Part shown: piece after piece, positions 1 through 15,330 of the stretch
Position numbering within the stretch: position 1 is the first letter of the stretch
Layout of the letters: the number at the start of each line of letters is the position of its first letter
Assembly: GCA_904063045.1 (NCBI GenBank)
Contig: CAJFCJ010000002.1
Location: forward strand, 3,653,891 to 3,717,890
Source: Dimorphilus gyrociliatus
Lineage: Eukaryota; Animalia; Annelida
Direction of reading: 5' to 3'
Length of the DNA stretch: 64,000 bases
Notes under the pieces: model-generated
Told to the model about the DNA's origin: nothing
Databases searched by the model: none
The model's input: only the letters and a program-made list of their open reading frames with translations
Position numbers and translations under genes: made by a program

Positions 1-1646
1 TTAAATGTAGAAAATTTTTGCTAATACTAAAAATTACATTGTTAATTAACTAATAAAGAGGAAATCTATTAAATTATACGTCGTTGCGTCTTTGGCAGAA
101 TTATTAAAAATCTATAGTATAGAGTTAAAAGTTCAGATTTTTACATAAACAACTGCATTATATTGGTTATTTGCAGTGACACATGCAGTTTTTTACCCAT
201 TAACTTAATCTACTGTCACCAATAATCAAATTTTTCGCCATACACACCATCTCTATTCATTACGTAACATACTTGATTGATGTTCCGAAAGCAATCAAGA
301 CACAAAACCGTCTCAATCTTATATATGAATGATGTATAATAAAATTTCATTCATAGTTTGTAAAGGGAAATATAGAACAACACATTCGACGTGTCATTCA
401 AATAGATAATTATACTATTAAATCTAATAGAAATATTCAAGTAACTACACATTATTGCGTGATATCTTTGTAATTCTATATTTGCATTCTTTGCTATTTT
501 ATCTAATATACCTAGATTAATTTCATTCGTAACTTAAAGCTTTGCGAATAAAATTAATTTTTAAAATATACTAAACTACTTTTTTCTTTTCTTCCTTCTT
601 TTTTATTCAACTCTCGCTAAATAGCTATTTTATAAATCCATTATTAATCCTTTGATGATGTCATATCCGTACTTAAATCTTCCATTACAAGTCCATTACA
701 CTTAAACAGATGACGTCATGAACAGATATCTGTAAGAAGAAAATGAATGTAGAAAAAGTGAGTAATAAGTGAGTAAAATATGAAATTAATATGATAGCGA
801 TTTCTGTATAAAATCATTGTTAGTAAAGAAGTAAGATTACGTTTAAAAAGCTTACAAAAACTTAAGAAGGAAACGATTTTTAAAATGACAGATTGACTAC
901 TTTTCAACAACCAATAGCGTACACAATAGTAAATAGAAGAAAAGTGACCAAGTGACCAACGTATATACAATTCGCCAGTGTAAACATGGCAGTAAAAGTG
1001 TATAGAAGATAGATTTCTCAGCCAACACTACTGTGCAAATACGCCTTTGAAATTGTACAATTGCTAAGATTGACTCGATTTTGGCTTCGGAATTCCTATG
1101 CCTACTATTCGGTCAACTTTAAAGGGTTTACGATATTTTATTCAACTTATGTAAAATTTACTAGGTAAATAATACCTTAATGTAATATGATCCATTATTA
1201 CATTTCTTATACTTGCAATTCTTCAATATTCATCTTTAAACCAAATAATATTAAATATACAATCTATCTTCGAGTCCTCCATTTACTTGGTATATATAGT
1301 CCAAATAAATAGTATATTATATAAAATTATTTATACTCACCTATGTCTTATGTTTACAAGATAATTCTAGCTTTAATAATATAAAATAAGCATAATTATT
1401 TTTACTACAAACGTAAATACGTTTCCTTTTTAATCAACCATATAAAAATAAAGAAACTATCTTTTACTGTTTTACTGTAAGATTTAAAAGAAGATAAATG
1501 AAGAAAAGAGATTCTTTATATTCCAAATAATTAAAAGTAAATCTTACAACTAGTATTTAAATTAATAGAATAACATATCTACAGTACTATATTTATAATT
1601 TATATAGCACGCATGTGTGTAGATTATACTAACTCCTCTTATACAG

Positions 1647-1668
1647 TATATATATATATATATATATA
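1647..1668. repeat. (TA)11 microsatellite
   Basis: Read directly. Confidence 0.95.
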
Positions 1669-2989
1669 CTATACAGTATATTGTATATAAATGTATGTAT
1701 AGTATTTATATGCGTAAAATCGTTCTGGCTTTTCCTTTTGACTCTTCTCTCCGTATGTTTTCCTATTTGATCTGAAGATCAGCAACGATAATCGGGAGGT
1801 CTTTTTTTATTTGTTTATCAGTATGGTTAAAGGTTTGTTTACATTGCTAATATTTGAATGAGTATGGCAGGCGATCAATAAGGGACAGCGTCTAGTTTGG
1901 GTGGATGATTTTTCGTGATAAACAATACAAAGTAAGAGAATCTTCTATTTGCCAGCCATCAGATTTACGTAGACATGTTAACGATCTGAAAAGATAGGGA
2001 ATTAGATATTATTCTCATTTATACAAATGAGCATTGATATAATATTTTTAGCAAAAAGTATCAACACAATATACATTATATGTAGAATGAATACTATTTG
2101 TATATATATTTATATACAGATACAATATAAATATCATCTTTATGTAGTAAAAATTCTCTATAATCTAATAAGACATTTCCGTTTTCGGATATCATTGATC
2201 GGCATCTTAAACCTTTGATCTGAAAATTTCATATTTCAGAGAAATAACAAAATCAAATGGAATATTCAAATTTTTTTATCTTAATTGATATTTTTTATCG
2301 TTTAATGAATATTTATTGATAAATTTATTTAATAATAAAAAAAAACACACACCAACCCTCTCTTTTTATTAGGTACGTGCTAAAGGATTGATTGTCAAAC
2401 ATCCTTATACAGTTTGTGCTCATAAATAGGGTTAATTCAATAAAGATCTCATTATTTAAACAAATTTATAATAAAATAGTGGCGGAATCAGCTTATTGGA
2501 CATAATTCTTTTTGAATTGAACAGTAGATGAATTGAATATTCAATAAATATTGTTTATTTCCAAAGTTTCACAAAAAAATAATCGTCAACGTGTTCTAAC
2601 GAATAGAAATCTTAGAGCAGAAGAAATTTGTTTATAGTAGAAAGTTAGCTATAAGTTTGAGCCGGTAGATTTATCAAAGGATTTCTAGAAGTGGAACCAC
2701 ACTAATGTGCAGAAATGTTTGCAAATTGTCCCATCGGCAAAATTACGGGTCACCTCTTGTTTATTTACGCATATAGAGGTCTTCCAACTTGCCAGCGATC
2801 CCACCAACTACGAAAAGCTTGGTAAATTAAATAAAATCGCTAATTTCACAATCTGAATCCTCATCCTTTGGACCAGCGCAATTCATCTTGACAGTCGCTA
2901 ACATAAACACGGCACGTTAATTACAGCCTATCTACTCTGATGAGCCGTAATGAATAATCCAAAGTGTCCCATAGAACCATTAACGATCG

Positions 2990-3022
2990 GTCATGTGACT
3001 GGGCGGAGACTGTGCTGATTGG
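2990..3022 (+). promoter_or_regulatory. Protocadherin proximal promoter motif cluster: M-box/E-box GTCATGTGAC (2990-2999), GC box GGGCGG (3001-3006), inverted CCAAT (3018-3022)
   Basis: Three canonical Pol II promoter motifs within 33 bp, about 200 bp upstream of the ATG, in a locally GC-rich patch. Confidence 0.5.
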
Positions 3023-3223
3023 CCGACTATGGTGGTGGCGTTCGAGCCACCGTTCAGACGCTTCCCGAGCCGGATTACGGCAAGACGGACTCTACTTCTC
3101 GTTGGCACATCTGGTTGATTATAGTTAATTAAGGGTCATCGGGTCAAAAGTTTGAAGAACAAAGAGGACGTTTCTTCATCGTTAATTTAGACAATTTCCT
3201 CCCTTTTCACGGCATCAAAGAAA

Positions 3224-5739
3224 ATGTACGGATTGCTTCTACAGATTTTCGTCCTCAATCTGGTTTCAACATCTGAGACAGACTTTGTAGGCGTGTCGAT
3301 TCAAGAGAATATACCAGCTGAGGAGTTCATATTGAATGTTGAAAATGAAGGGAAAATAAGAGATATTCCAAAATATAGAAGGGATGATAAAAGACAGTAT
3401 ACGCTAATAGTAGAGGATAAAAGAAAAAAGGATTATTTTAAAATAGAAGAAACCACTGGTATTCTACGAACGAAATCTAGAATCGATAGAGAAGAGACAT
3501 GTGCAATGCATGTTCAATGCAATGTAAGTATTTACTTATTAAAACATCTCTATGTTTCCCTAAGAGTTCTCTACTACGCCTATTAACAACCGAATCAATA
3601 AATCTTCTAATACAACAATTAAGTGATTCGGGTTTACCTTTTAAGTTTACCTTTCTATTTAAGACTAAGAAAATAGTTAGTCCAGCTACAAATCGGTTAA
3701 CAATTGACTTAATCTTTTGTATCATACGACTAGCTTTTAATAAATAAATAATATTATCTACTTTAACATTGACAACAAAAGCAAACAAAACTTATCCAGA
3801 TCGTTAAAGGCACCCTAATTACTGTTGTCTAACTAGTTAGTTGCGCTAGATCACGAGTTACTCATTAAGACGTCTAACTGAGCGTCCTTTTGTCCAATAA
3901 TTGGTGGTTAGACAATCCATTTCTACTTCTATTTGGAACTTTTCAAAAGTAATTACCGTAGAACTTTAAACTTGTAAAGTTAACTTATATAATAACAATA
4001 GAATATTGTGAAAAAGCACCAAGTAAACATTACTATAAGAGTATAAAAACTTAGATGGGTAGAACGTAAGGTTCTTCTATAATCATAAAGTCGTTTAAAC
4101 GCTTAAGCCTATAATTTGAGTTCCCTTTGATGTCCACTAAGGGTTAGAAATTTTGTTGAAGAGGTAAGAATTGAATTTCCAAGTTCAAAAAAAATAAAAT
4201 CCCTCTTCTCATACAATTCCATTTCCAAATTGATTCGATTTTTTAAAGCTCCGATGAGAAAAATAACAATATAAACAAGCACTTAATTTTTTTTAGTGAA
4301 AAAATCTATACAGGTACAGAGATATCAAGAAATGACTAATAATACTTGAATAAGAAGAGTAGATATATATATTTTATATATAGGAAGTTTAATGTACAGT
4401 TTTGCCTATTTTTTTATTATTAACAAAATTTATCTTCACCCTGAAAACGATTTTCAATAGGCAAATATTCAAGTGACTTGAATTGTGGTGTAGCGCTTTT
4501 TTTCTTTCTCTTCATCGAATTTAGCATTAACAAAATATTTTTTCATTTCTATTATCTTCTTTTTTTTCTTTAACCATAAAACTAGCAATCTTCTTTTATT
4601 TGATTATCAATGGAAATAAATACGAATATAGGCCCATTGCTTGAGTGTTGACCGTTTACGCTCTTTAAACTCCTAATCCTCTATATAATCCCCCCAACTA
4701 AGTATATTCTCCAAGTAGTTTTGAGTGGGTTAAAAAATATTTTTGTTGTGCAGACTGCTCTTAAGTACGTCTGTCGAATTGGAGTCCCCAAGCGGAAACG
4801 TTTAACTAGCATTTTTTTTGGAAAAGGTCACGTGATTTCTTAGCATGAGCAGATATCTTATTATTACATTTGAAAAAACATTTTATCTTCATGTCGTTTT
4901 TTTTTTCATAAAAAAGACAGCATTATTTTGCTCGATTAATGCGGAAAAGAAACGCTTTCAGCTTATTCAAAACACGTTTACCAATTAAATTCGGGGTAAT
5001 TTATCATTGTCAGAGTATTTGTTGTGAAAAGCTATCAAGTATGAGGTGCTAAATTGCGAGTGGTCGTTGAAGGTTATCCTTAACATCACGTGACTCTTTA
5101 ATACGCGTTCAAACACTGTTCAAGAGCCTAGAAAATATTATGCAAGATATATAACCTTTAAAGAGATTAGCGAACAATAAAGAGCAATACATAATTTATG
5201 CAAATTATGGTTTGTTTACAAATATCTTAGATAAAGACAAACAATGAACAGATGAGCGTTTTAATTTCAATTTAAACCACAGAAAATGACCGTATTGCAT
5301 GAAGAGTTCAATTACTCGACAATTGCATTCTCCCTTTCCTTTATTCTATTGTCCTATCAGACGGTGTTACCAAATGATAGACGTCGAAGGACTCGTAATT
5401 TAGTGCACTTGCTATCCTTTTATTACATCTCTTAGAGAAATGAGAGGCTTTTTAATTAAAAAAAATTCAATCATTGGAATCATAGGCATTGAATACACAG
5501 ATCAATCGAAAAAGTCAAAAAAAATCAATAGTTTGTACGCTATTACAGTAGATTTGTAAGAGAGAAGTTAAAAGCTTCGTGATTTATGCTGTTTACGGTT
5601 GATTATAGAAAATGCTAATAATTAATAATATTAATCTTTCAATTTATGTTATAAATGTGAGAATTGCCTGCCTTTAAATCACTCTATCTACTCAATCAGT
5701 AAAAAAACCGGTTTAGTATTTAGTATTTATATCATAAAC

Positions 5740-5773
<34 letters not shown>

Positions 5774-8700
5774 TACAGTATTTTGAAAAGATACTTTAAC
5801 AACCAATATTCAGACATGCTTACTTTATTATTCGCCTTCTCTTCTATAACTTTTGACAAACTGATTAGAATGATTCAATTAATTCCAAAGGAAATTGATA
5901 AGGAAGAACGCTATGCTATTTAAATACAGCGACAAATTGAGTCTTTGTTCTTTATTCTTTCTTTTCATATTCCGATGCTCTTCTTCTCTCTCTTCTCTCT
6001 TTCTCTCTCTCCTCTGAATTCTCTTTCTTTATTATATAAAATCGATATAATAGTATTTAATAAATATAAAACAAACTATGTAACAAAAAAAAGGACAAAG
6101 AAGATCCTATATCGTATCTTATTAATTTTTAAAAAAGAAATTAGGTTAAAATAGTAATAATAATAATGATAAAAGAGTAAATTTATACAAGGACGAAGAG
6201 CAACCTGTTGTTATTCAATTACGTGTCTTTTCTATTCAATATTTTATATCACCTGTTCAATTCAGAGTTAAAGTCGTATATCACACAACTGAAAAGAACA
6301 GTACTTGATTCTAAATTTTTTTCTATCTATAACAAAAAGCATTAATCATTATGAATAAAATATCAAAAATAAATAATTTTGAACGTTAGAGGAGCGTCAT
6401 TCAATAGTTTTTGTAAAAGAGTGTATATGCTTTCTTTACACGTGAGCCCCTCTTTATTATTATTGTTGTTATTATTATTAGTGCATGAAAAAGGGAGGGT
6501 TAGTAGTTAGTTTGAGGAGTATATCTAAAAACTTCAAACGTTTCCAGTTTATTTAATTTTAAGGTTTGTTTAGATAATTGATCTTCGTAGATAACTAAAA
6601 AGTACAATATCAACTAAAGAAAACATTATTTTGTGCACATTTAGTTGTAAGTTGGTTTTATTTTTTTTTCTTTGTATTTTGTTTCTAAAAATAAAGTCTC
6701 TTTTTCATCATGAAAGAGAAAGAATAACTTGCGTTTATTCTTTAATAAATTGTATATATATAGTATTATTTATCAGAACAACAAAATTTAATTAATTATT
6801 TAATAGTCAATAATATATATATATATATATTCATAAACGTGTACAGTATGTTCAATATTATTTCACTTTTGTATATCTAAAAGTAGCATACTTTTAGCAT
6901 TTGAAATTGGTCTGCTAAGCTTCTTGTAACATTTTTAGAAAGGTAAAGTCAAATGTTTCCAATAAAATTCTAAATAATCAGATTAATTCTGATTGGTTAG
7001 GTAGTTGGACTTAGCGATTGACAATTGGTTTTTTTCTTCGGTTGTTACTTTATAATTTAAGCAGAAGTGCGCATATGTTTGCTTTAAATAGTCACTACAT
7101 ACATCAATTATTGATATAGGAGTATGCAGACTTATTTTAACAGTATACTGTAAAAGACTAGCTCTGTATTTGTATTTAACATCTTTATTAGTGTATATAT
7201 ATATTCGTATATATAAATTTATATAGATATTAGTACATATATAAATATATATATGCTTACAAACGAGACGAATTAATTCGATAGAGAGAGAGAAAGCGAG
7301 AGCGAGCAAGAAAGTGTATGAGACAGATTGCCAGTCAATCTGCCTAGATCTTTTGATATATTCTTTTCAATAAGAATAACGCAGCTTTACGTAATAAGTT
7401 GACGCTTTTAAACTAGTATTGAATAAGTACATCGCACCCTTGATGCTAAAAAAGAAATTTCTTTCGCATCACTGATCATCATAATCCGTATAAAAACATA
7501 ATCTGAGCGTAATTCACTTCGGAAAGCATCGAAACATTACGTGATTCACGTTTTCCAACACTTTTTTCTGCTCGTGAAAAGTTCGTAACGATAACAGATT
7601 TACTATTGTTCATAATCACACTCTTTATTGTAAGAACAATAAGAGCCGTTAGGCTGTCAACCTTCAACAACGACGCCTCATTAGTTAAGAGAAATATAAC
7701 AACCTTTACTTTTTCCTCGACAGGTTAAACTCGATGTCCTCGTTCAGCAAGTTTCAAGGACCAACAAAGCAGTGATTATTCTAGCTTCCATAGAGATTGT
7801 TATCAATATTATAGACGCAAACGATTTTGCGCCAATCTTTCAACCATCCGAGATAACTGTCGAATTTCTGGAATCGGATCCTATTAATTCGACGAAGCTT
7901 ATCAACTCGGGTATAGATCGCGATTCTCCGGAGTTCGGGATTAAATCCTACAGCATACAAACATCCGGTCCTTTTCGTCTTCGTGCAAGGCAATTAGCAC
8001 CTAGTGAATGGCAAACTGAGCTAATAGTAAATGGTATTCTTGATCGTGAGAAAAAGTCTGAATATGCGGCAACAGTCACTGCAACGGATGACAAATACAT
8101 TGGATCTTTAAGAATAAAAATAAGAATCTTAGATGCTAATGATCACGAACCAGTCTTTCAAAAGTATGTTTTTTGTTTTTATACTATATTTTTATTAGGA
8201 AATAAGAAGGCATAGAAGGGTAGAATGAGGGCTATAAAAGATAAAATGAGAGGCTATTTATAGATATCAATTTTTAAGGGAAAAAAGTAATAAAGTGTGA
8301 AAGACATGAATAATTTCATCAGTGAAGTAATAAAACCAGCAATACAGCATAGTATTGTTTTGTTACATTTCATATATTGATTAGGAGAATAATTATTATA
8401 TTTATTATTAATAGTAACGTTTGCCTATTTGTTGATTTGTTTAATAATTGTCATTAAATTTCACCTTGAATTAATTAAAATTCAATTTTTAATTAGTCGA
8501 AATTATAATTTGTTTTAGAATTTAAGTTGATTTACATTTTATTCTTTAATTCTTTTTATAAAACAGATCTCATTACCAAGGCCGAGTTCTTGAAACTGCT
8601 GAAAAAAACCAGGTTATTCTTACAGTAAGGGCAACTGACAAAGACGTCGGAAAGAATAAGGACATAAAGTATCGTACCAAATTCGACAATCAATTATTTG

Positions 8701-11700
8701 GCGTCCGAGCTAAAACTGGCCAAGTTTACGTTAACGGCCCCTTAGACTACGAAACCGAATCTCGTTACCAATTAACGATTCTAGCTGAAGACGGTGGCCA
8801 AACGCCAAGAACAGCCGAATGTAGCATTACTATTGATGTATTGGACGTAAATGATCATCAACCGGAAATTACCGTAACCAATTTGGGCTCAAACCCCTCA
8901 GATTTAAATATTGATGAAGGAAGTAGTGCGGACACATTTATTGCATATATTATAGCTACCGATAAGGATTCGGGAAAAAATGGCACTGTTGAATGCCAAT
9001 TGATAGATTCACAAAGCTATTTTAAATTAACACCTTTCAAAGAAAATCAATATACTTTATATACGACGAATCGAGCATACATAGATAGAGAGTTGAAGGA
9101 TTCTTATCAATTATCAATTGAGTGTACAGATCTGGGAAGAGAGCCTTTGAAGAAATTGGAAAAAATTCAGATAAGAGTTAATGATATCAATGATCACGAT
9201 CCGAAATTTGATAGTTCGGCTTATACAAAGACGATAATGGAAACGAACGAAAAAAATGTTAAAGTTTTTACCATTCAAGCAGAGGATGAAGATATTGGCG
9301 ACAATGGTGCAATTACATACAGCTTAAAGCAAACAGGATACACTTTTGCTATTCACCCTACTAGGGGAGAAATAACGGCATTAACAATTCTAGACAGGGA
9401 AAAATCACCTCAGTACCATCTTACTATTGTTGCTCAAGATAAGGGTAAACCACCAAGATCGTCGGAAGCCACTCTAACTATCAAGTTACAAGACATAAAT
9501 GATAATAGGCCAATTTTTACTGCTTCCGAATACGGATTAAGCGCAAAGGAAAATCAGACTATTGGGACAAACTTATCGCCTTCCCTTTTGGCTGACGATG
9601 TAGATTTGCATCCTAATAATATTGTTGTATATTCAATTGTGGAAGAATACGGAACGAGCTATAAATATTTTAAAATAGATAGACATACTGGTCAACTTAA
9701 AACCGCGGCTGTTCTCGATAGAGAAGCGCAAGAGGAACACATACTGGTAGTTCAGGCTTCAAACGAAGATTATGATCGTCTCAAGTCGACGTGCCGTGTA
9801 ATAATAACGGTGACAGATATAAACGATAATCCCCCTAGGATTATCTATCCGACAGAGAAAAATAACACGGTCTACCTCTCAAATAAGACGCCGAACCCTT
9901 ATAGAATCGGAAGGATCATAGCAGACGATGCGGACAAGGGAGAGAATTCTAGATTAAGCTATAGTTTAAACGCCGAATCAGCTTATTTCCGCCTTGACCC
10001 TGAGACAGGGGTAATCTGGACTAGAAATCGTTTGGACTCCATCGATTATAAACTTTTTTCGATATTAGTAACGGTTAGGGATAACGGAGATCAGCCGAGG
10101 AGAGTTTCAACACATATTAATCTTGTGGTTAATAAATCCATTCCGTTCACGTTCGCCTCCTCCAATTTGGTATCCAACGGTAATCTGACGATAGTCATTA
10201 TTGTTGCCAGCGTGTCTTTCGTCATTGCCGTCCTGCTTATAGCATCTATTGTATACGTAAGACGTCAAAGTTCTGGCTCTCATTTAGATTCTGCAAAGTA
10301 CAATTGTAGAACAGAAACTCAGAAAATGCTCAAGGCTAAAGTCGCCGTAGAAACGAATGAGATTCTGGCTGACAAGACTGAAGTTTGCGATAATACAGCC
10401 AATTATGATAAAATTAAACCTGAAGCAGACTTTATATTGGATGTGAGCAGTTTACAAACGAATTGGAAGCAAATTGGCGAACAGGTGAGTGCGGATTATT
10501 GTCAATTCTTTTTTAAGCTGATTTTCATCATCAATTAATTTTAGGCCTTGATTAAAAATCAGAGTGGCCATTTACTCTCTTACCTAAACCCCTTTACGCG
10601 TTTCAACTATTTTTTATCCATAGCCTGATTAATTCAATTTACTCAACCATTCGATCTCAGTCAAATTTTTTCCTTTATTCCATTCATTAAATACATCAGT
10701 GATGTAGACTAAACACACTAAATCGTTTTTTTAAACAATTTGAGGTTGATCCTTTCATTCATTTTGACAGTTGTGTTGTTGAATTGTTAGCTTAGCCTTA
10801 AATCTTCTAGAAAATGACTAAAATCTCTAAATATGCATAAGGGTATCAAATTTCAGATTTCATTAAATCGATTACAGAATTAACGGCCTTTTCTCATTTT
10901 AAATATCAGGTTTCCAGTCACGGCTGTCAGAATTAATTGTATTAAAGGCTCAATTATATCTAGCTTACGAATCCTTTATTCCCAGCTTAAATCATTTGGA
11001 GAATTGCGATGAAATATTTTCACCTTCCTCCTTTCCTTTTACTTCACCCGTAAACAGATCTCGACAAGTACGCTATCTGTTTATGTCTACAGTTTTTCGT
11101 CGTTTTGTATATCAAGCATTGTTGCAAAGTTCTATTCTTAAAGACAGCCCACGGCGCTATTCTTTTGTGTCTAAAATCATCTTTTCAGGGAAAACCGGGA
11201 TAAATTAAGAATTTTCCCCCTGATTAATTAATCAATTAGCCGATTATTTGTCTACTCGCAGAGAAAGAAAAAAGACTTTACAATATGTTAATAGAGATCA
11301 GATCTGTGCTGGTATATCTAGTTTCAAATTAGTGAGATTATACAATACGGAATTAATTAGGGTTGATATTAGTCTTATATTTAGGAGATTTTTGCAGTAG
11401 GGCAGTACTAAAACTGTCGAATGATTTTCAGCGTATATAGTGTATAAAGTTTCAAATTAGTTGGGAAACACAGGAAGCCAAAATATTTTAGACCTTTAGG
11501 CTTTAATTAGGGGAAGCGTTCTATCTCTTGTAAACCTAACAACCTCTCCACTCTAGCATAATGAGGAATTACTGGTGGCTTTAAATGCTCTAACACTATA
11601 CACGTACCTGTACGTGAAGGTGTATTCTAAAAAGGGATGAAAAGCTATCGATTTCATCCCTTGATCAAATATGTGTTATAGCAATATACTCTCTCCCTGA

Positions 11701-14700
11701 TAAAGCAAGCATACATGTCCATAGATAAATATAACTAAAGGATTCTGTATTGGATTGAATGAATAATTTAAATTCAATTATTAACAATATACTGAAATTT
11801 ATAGAGTACTTTTCAATAGCTGACAAGTTTACTTTTCTATCTCTTTCCTCCAGCCCTTTCCTAATGCTTAGTGTCACTAGCTGTGGCCGTTGTTGTCATC
11901 TCTCTCTCTCTCTCTCTCTCTCTGTATCCATGCATAAATCTCTTTCAGGATTCAAAAATTAAATCAAACTATAATTTGATGCTATTAACCATCATTAACC
12001 GATCTAGGGATAAAATAAATAGTATCTATTATATATACACAACATAGTAAAACTATTAATATACATACATATTGTTTACATACAAAGTATATAAATCAAA
12101 ACTTGCCTTTCTTTTGAAATTTTCCCTTTATAAACATTCTTTTCATGTACTATAAACTAAGATTAGCTAGGGGAATAAAGGAAAGGAATACCGGTTACAC
12201 TAAGTAAATTACTGTTTGTCAATTAGTTATACCCATGGAGATTTAAGCCTTGTTAAATGAATGAGTAAAAGTAGTAGATTGTAAGGAATTTGAGAAACTT
12301 ATATAGCGTCTCATACTTTCTTGACGTTATTATTTTCTTTCATTCGTTACGAAAACGCCAAAGGCGAAATAGAGCGTGACTATAAACATTGGCTAGAAAC
12401 AATCGAATCTCCTCAAGTCTAACCAAATGGAAAATAAAAGCATAATAAAAAGAATGGAAAACATTGGAGGGAAAACAATTATGATAATATCCCTCTATAA
12501 CGTAAAATTACCGATCTACTACTTCTTGTATCTGGATTAATATTGAAAGAGCATCATACAAGAGTATAGTAATGAAATCAAGGAAAAACACAAGACAATT
12601 ACTAGATCTAGTGAGAATTCCAGGGAGATAAAGATTTGATTAGCATGGTGACCGATTCGATCACTTTGACGTTTTATAGTCGAAAAGAGAAGCGATCAGG
12701 CAGCCAGCTAATTCAACTGCATACGCCTCGAACGCAATATAGCTCGCGTTATTTATTTATTTACTATCGCATCACTGGCCAAACAGCTGAGCCATTATGC
12801 CTTTGCATATACGCACATATACATATGTATTTTCACAGACTTAGACACTGTGCATATATTTATACTTGATCCCAAGTGTTTTACAGTTTTGCAAACTTAC
12901 TGCTTCATAAACTAATTTTGCAGTAAACGTTTTTCCTTTCCTCTCTCGCTCACTCACCTACTCTTGCACTCTCTCCTTTCCTCTGCTCTTCACTTCCAAT
13001 AATTATCTTATTTTCCTGACCGTTTCGACTTTCGCCAATTAGGTTTTTTTAAAGGTTTGCAATTGATTAGTGAGCCGATGTGTAAAATTAACTTTTTGTT
13101 TATTTGTTTGCTTACTCTTCCGGTCTTCCTTTAATTCCCTTAACTATTTTTTAATATGTAGAAACTATTTAAATGAAGGAAAAAGCAAGTTATTTATTTT
13201 CCCTTTCTTTCTCTCCTTTCTTTTCTTAAAAGAAAGAAAGAATTTTTTCCTTTCATTTTCCTTCCGGAATTTCTATCGTCACTCCGTTTCCTCCTTTCGC
13301 CTCTCTCCGCCCCTTTTCAATCTTCACCCATTTTCTTTTCTTTAGCATACACCACCCACCCGTCCCTGTCATTCTGTCATGTTTACTCAGTAAGATTACA
13401 AAGTATTGACCGATTTCATTCGGTCGAAACCCGTCAATTTTAGCATGAAATTGAAAATGCTGCCGTTCAAAGCCATATAGAATTTCATCGCCCCGAAGCG
13501 AAGATCAACAAAACCGCCCGTTTGGCAACTGTCAAAAAAACAACGACATTGCTCCTTTTTTCATTACAATTCCCTTAAATAACCAATTTTTTTTTGTCTT
13601 TACCCAAAAAATAAGTAAAAAGTAAAATATGGAGAAAGATTCAATTTGCAAAAAAGATTAAATAAGCACCTGTTTACCGACTATTGCATCTGGTTGGTTT
13701 AATTTCATATAAATCACTAACCTCGCATTCCGTTCAACGTCTTCCCCATTAAATTTGCATATGAATGACAATCTTTCCCTAAATGACTCAGTAATGACTA
13801 CGCTTCACTAATGAAATTCCAGCTATGCTAATAACCGCGCCTCTATTATAGGAAAACGTAACGACTTTAACGAACCGGCGTCCCACAGTAGAATTTTTAT
13901 TATTTTATTCCGTTTCCAAGACTACGTGACGCCTGTCCGAGTTTGTCACCATGACCACTCATCTTTACTCTCATTATATATCACCTAGTTTACTTTTTCT
14001 TTTTATGTCTTACTTCGTGTCCTCGTTTTATCCTAAATTAATTTCTTCATTCCTCAAAAAGTATACAACTAGCTATAATTAGAGTAGCGCAGGTGTTGGC
14101 AAACAAAGAATCGTTTTGCAATGTACTAGATATTTAGTTTGAAATCCAATACTAAATAATTATAGCAGTCTTGAGGCAATTTCAATGCAGGTTTGATACG
14201 ATCAAGCGAGTCGAGAGCACTACTATTTGCTATATTACGGTTATTGAAATCGCTTACGGGTTATAAAAACTTTCCATACAAATTCTACTCTTACTTTTAT
14301 CATTGCTACTAATGGAAACAGCTTTTTTCTCATTTTCTTCTTCTTACTCCTCACTTAAAAAAAAACGATTAGCTTAACTGCGAGAGACCTTCTTTCTTTT
14401 CTCCACCTTTCTTAGACAGGCTATAAAGAATTTAAGCCTACTGGAGTGAACACGCTCGTGTCACCTGTCGTTTTTGTAGGCGGGGGTCCTAAAATATACA
14501 TGCACGCACTGCTGTGTTTGATAACAAGTCCAGCTCGTAGACTGAACTATAAACAACAGGGAGTGAGTTGGAAGGTTTTATTAAAAAACAGTAAGAGGAC
14601 TCTCTTTCACCGTTCAACGCCAATCCTTTCTCTCTTTCATAAAATCTCAAACTCTTTTGCACTTTGACATTAGATGTGTTACAAATTAAGCGTTCAAGTG

Positions 14701-15299
14701 CTATAATCGAGCGGCATTATTACAAAGTACAAGCTCCTTGTCGCCATCATCATTGCTCCTACCACCAAAGGCAGAAGTGTCTGGCAGTCATTTTTCATAT
14801 TGTTCGTCCCCTTACCGCCTTATTACTTTCTTAATTTATTTTTAAAACACCATTATTCATTGTCTTCCAAGAAACCGTACAAATTTTTTTCTCCTAAGCA
14901 GATGCCAAAATTCGATTTTTATCCAAAATTAATTGTTTAAAGTAGCGTATACGTAGTTCAAAGAAAAAAAGGTAATTTAGAGCGTTTAATGAGCGCCTTT
15001 GTTGGAGTGACCTCTGTACTAGTCGATTTCCCTTAACATGTACAATTAGATTAACGAGAAATTCATCCACTCACAAGTAGCCTATATTTGCTGATATTTC
15101 ACCTCATTTTCATCTCTTCTACTCTAAAGAAAGGCGAATAAAATAGGAAAACAATATCTAGATTTAGAATCAGGTATAAGAACTGCGTGTCAAGAGTAAT
15201 TTGATCGCTTTTATACGGTTGTTGAAGTCGCTTTTCAAAAGTACCTTCCTTCCCTCTCATTCTTATGCTCCTTTCATTTATACTATAGAAGATATTTCT

Positions 15300-15330
<31 letters not shown>

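Noticed and set aside
3020-3054. A-box-like TGGCCGACTATGG and B-box GTTCGAGCC in a GGTGGC/GCCACC hairpin, resembling a tRNA
   Set aside because: The boxes are under 10 nt apart, with no room for anticodon or acceptor stems. At most it is a small 5' hairpin or an isolated TFIIIC-like site.
8298-8308. TGAAAGACATG matching the 5' end of miR-71
   Set aside because: Only 11 nt match, there is no hairpin, and it is intronic; this is expected by chance.
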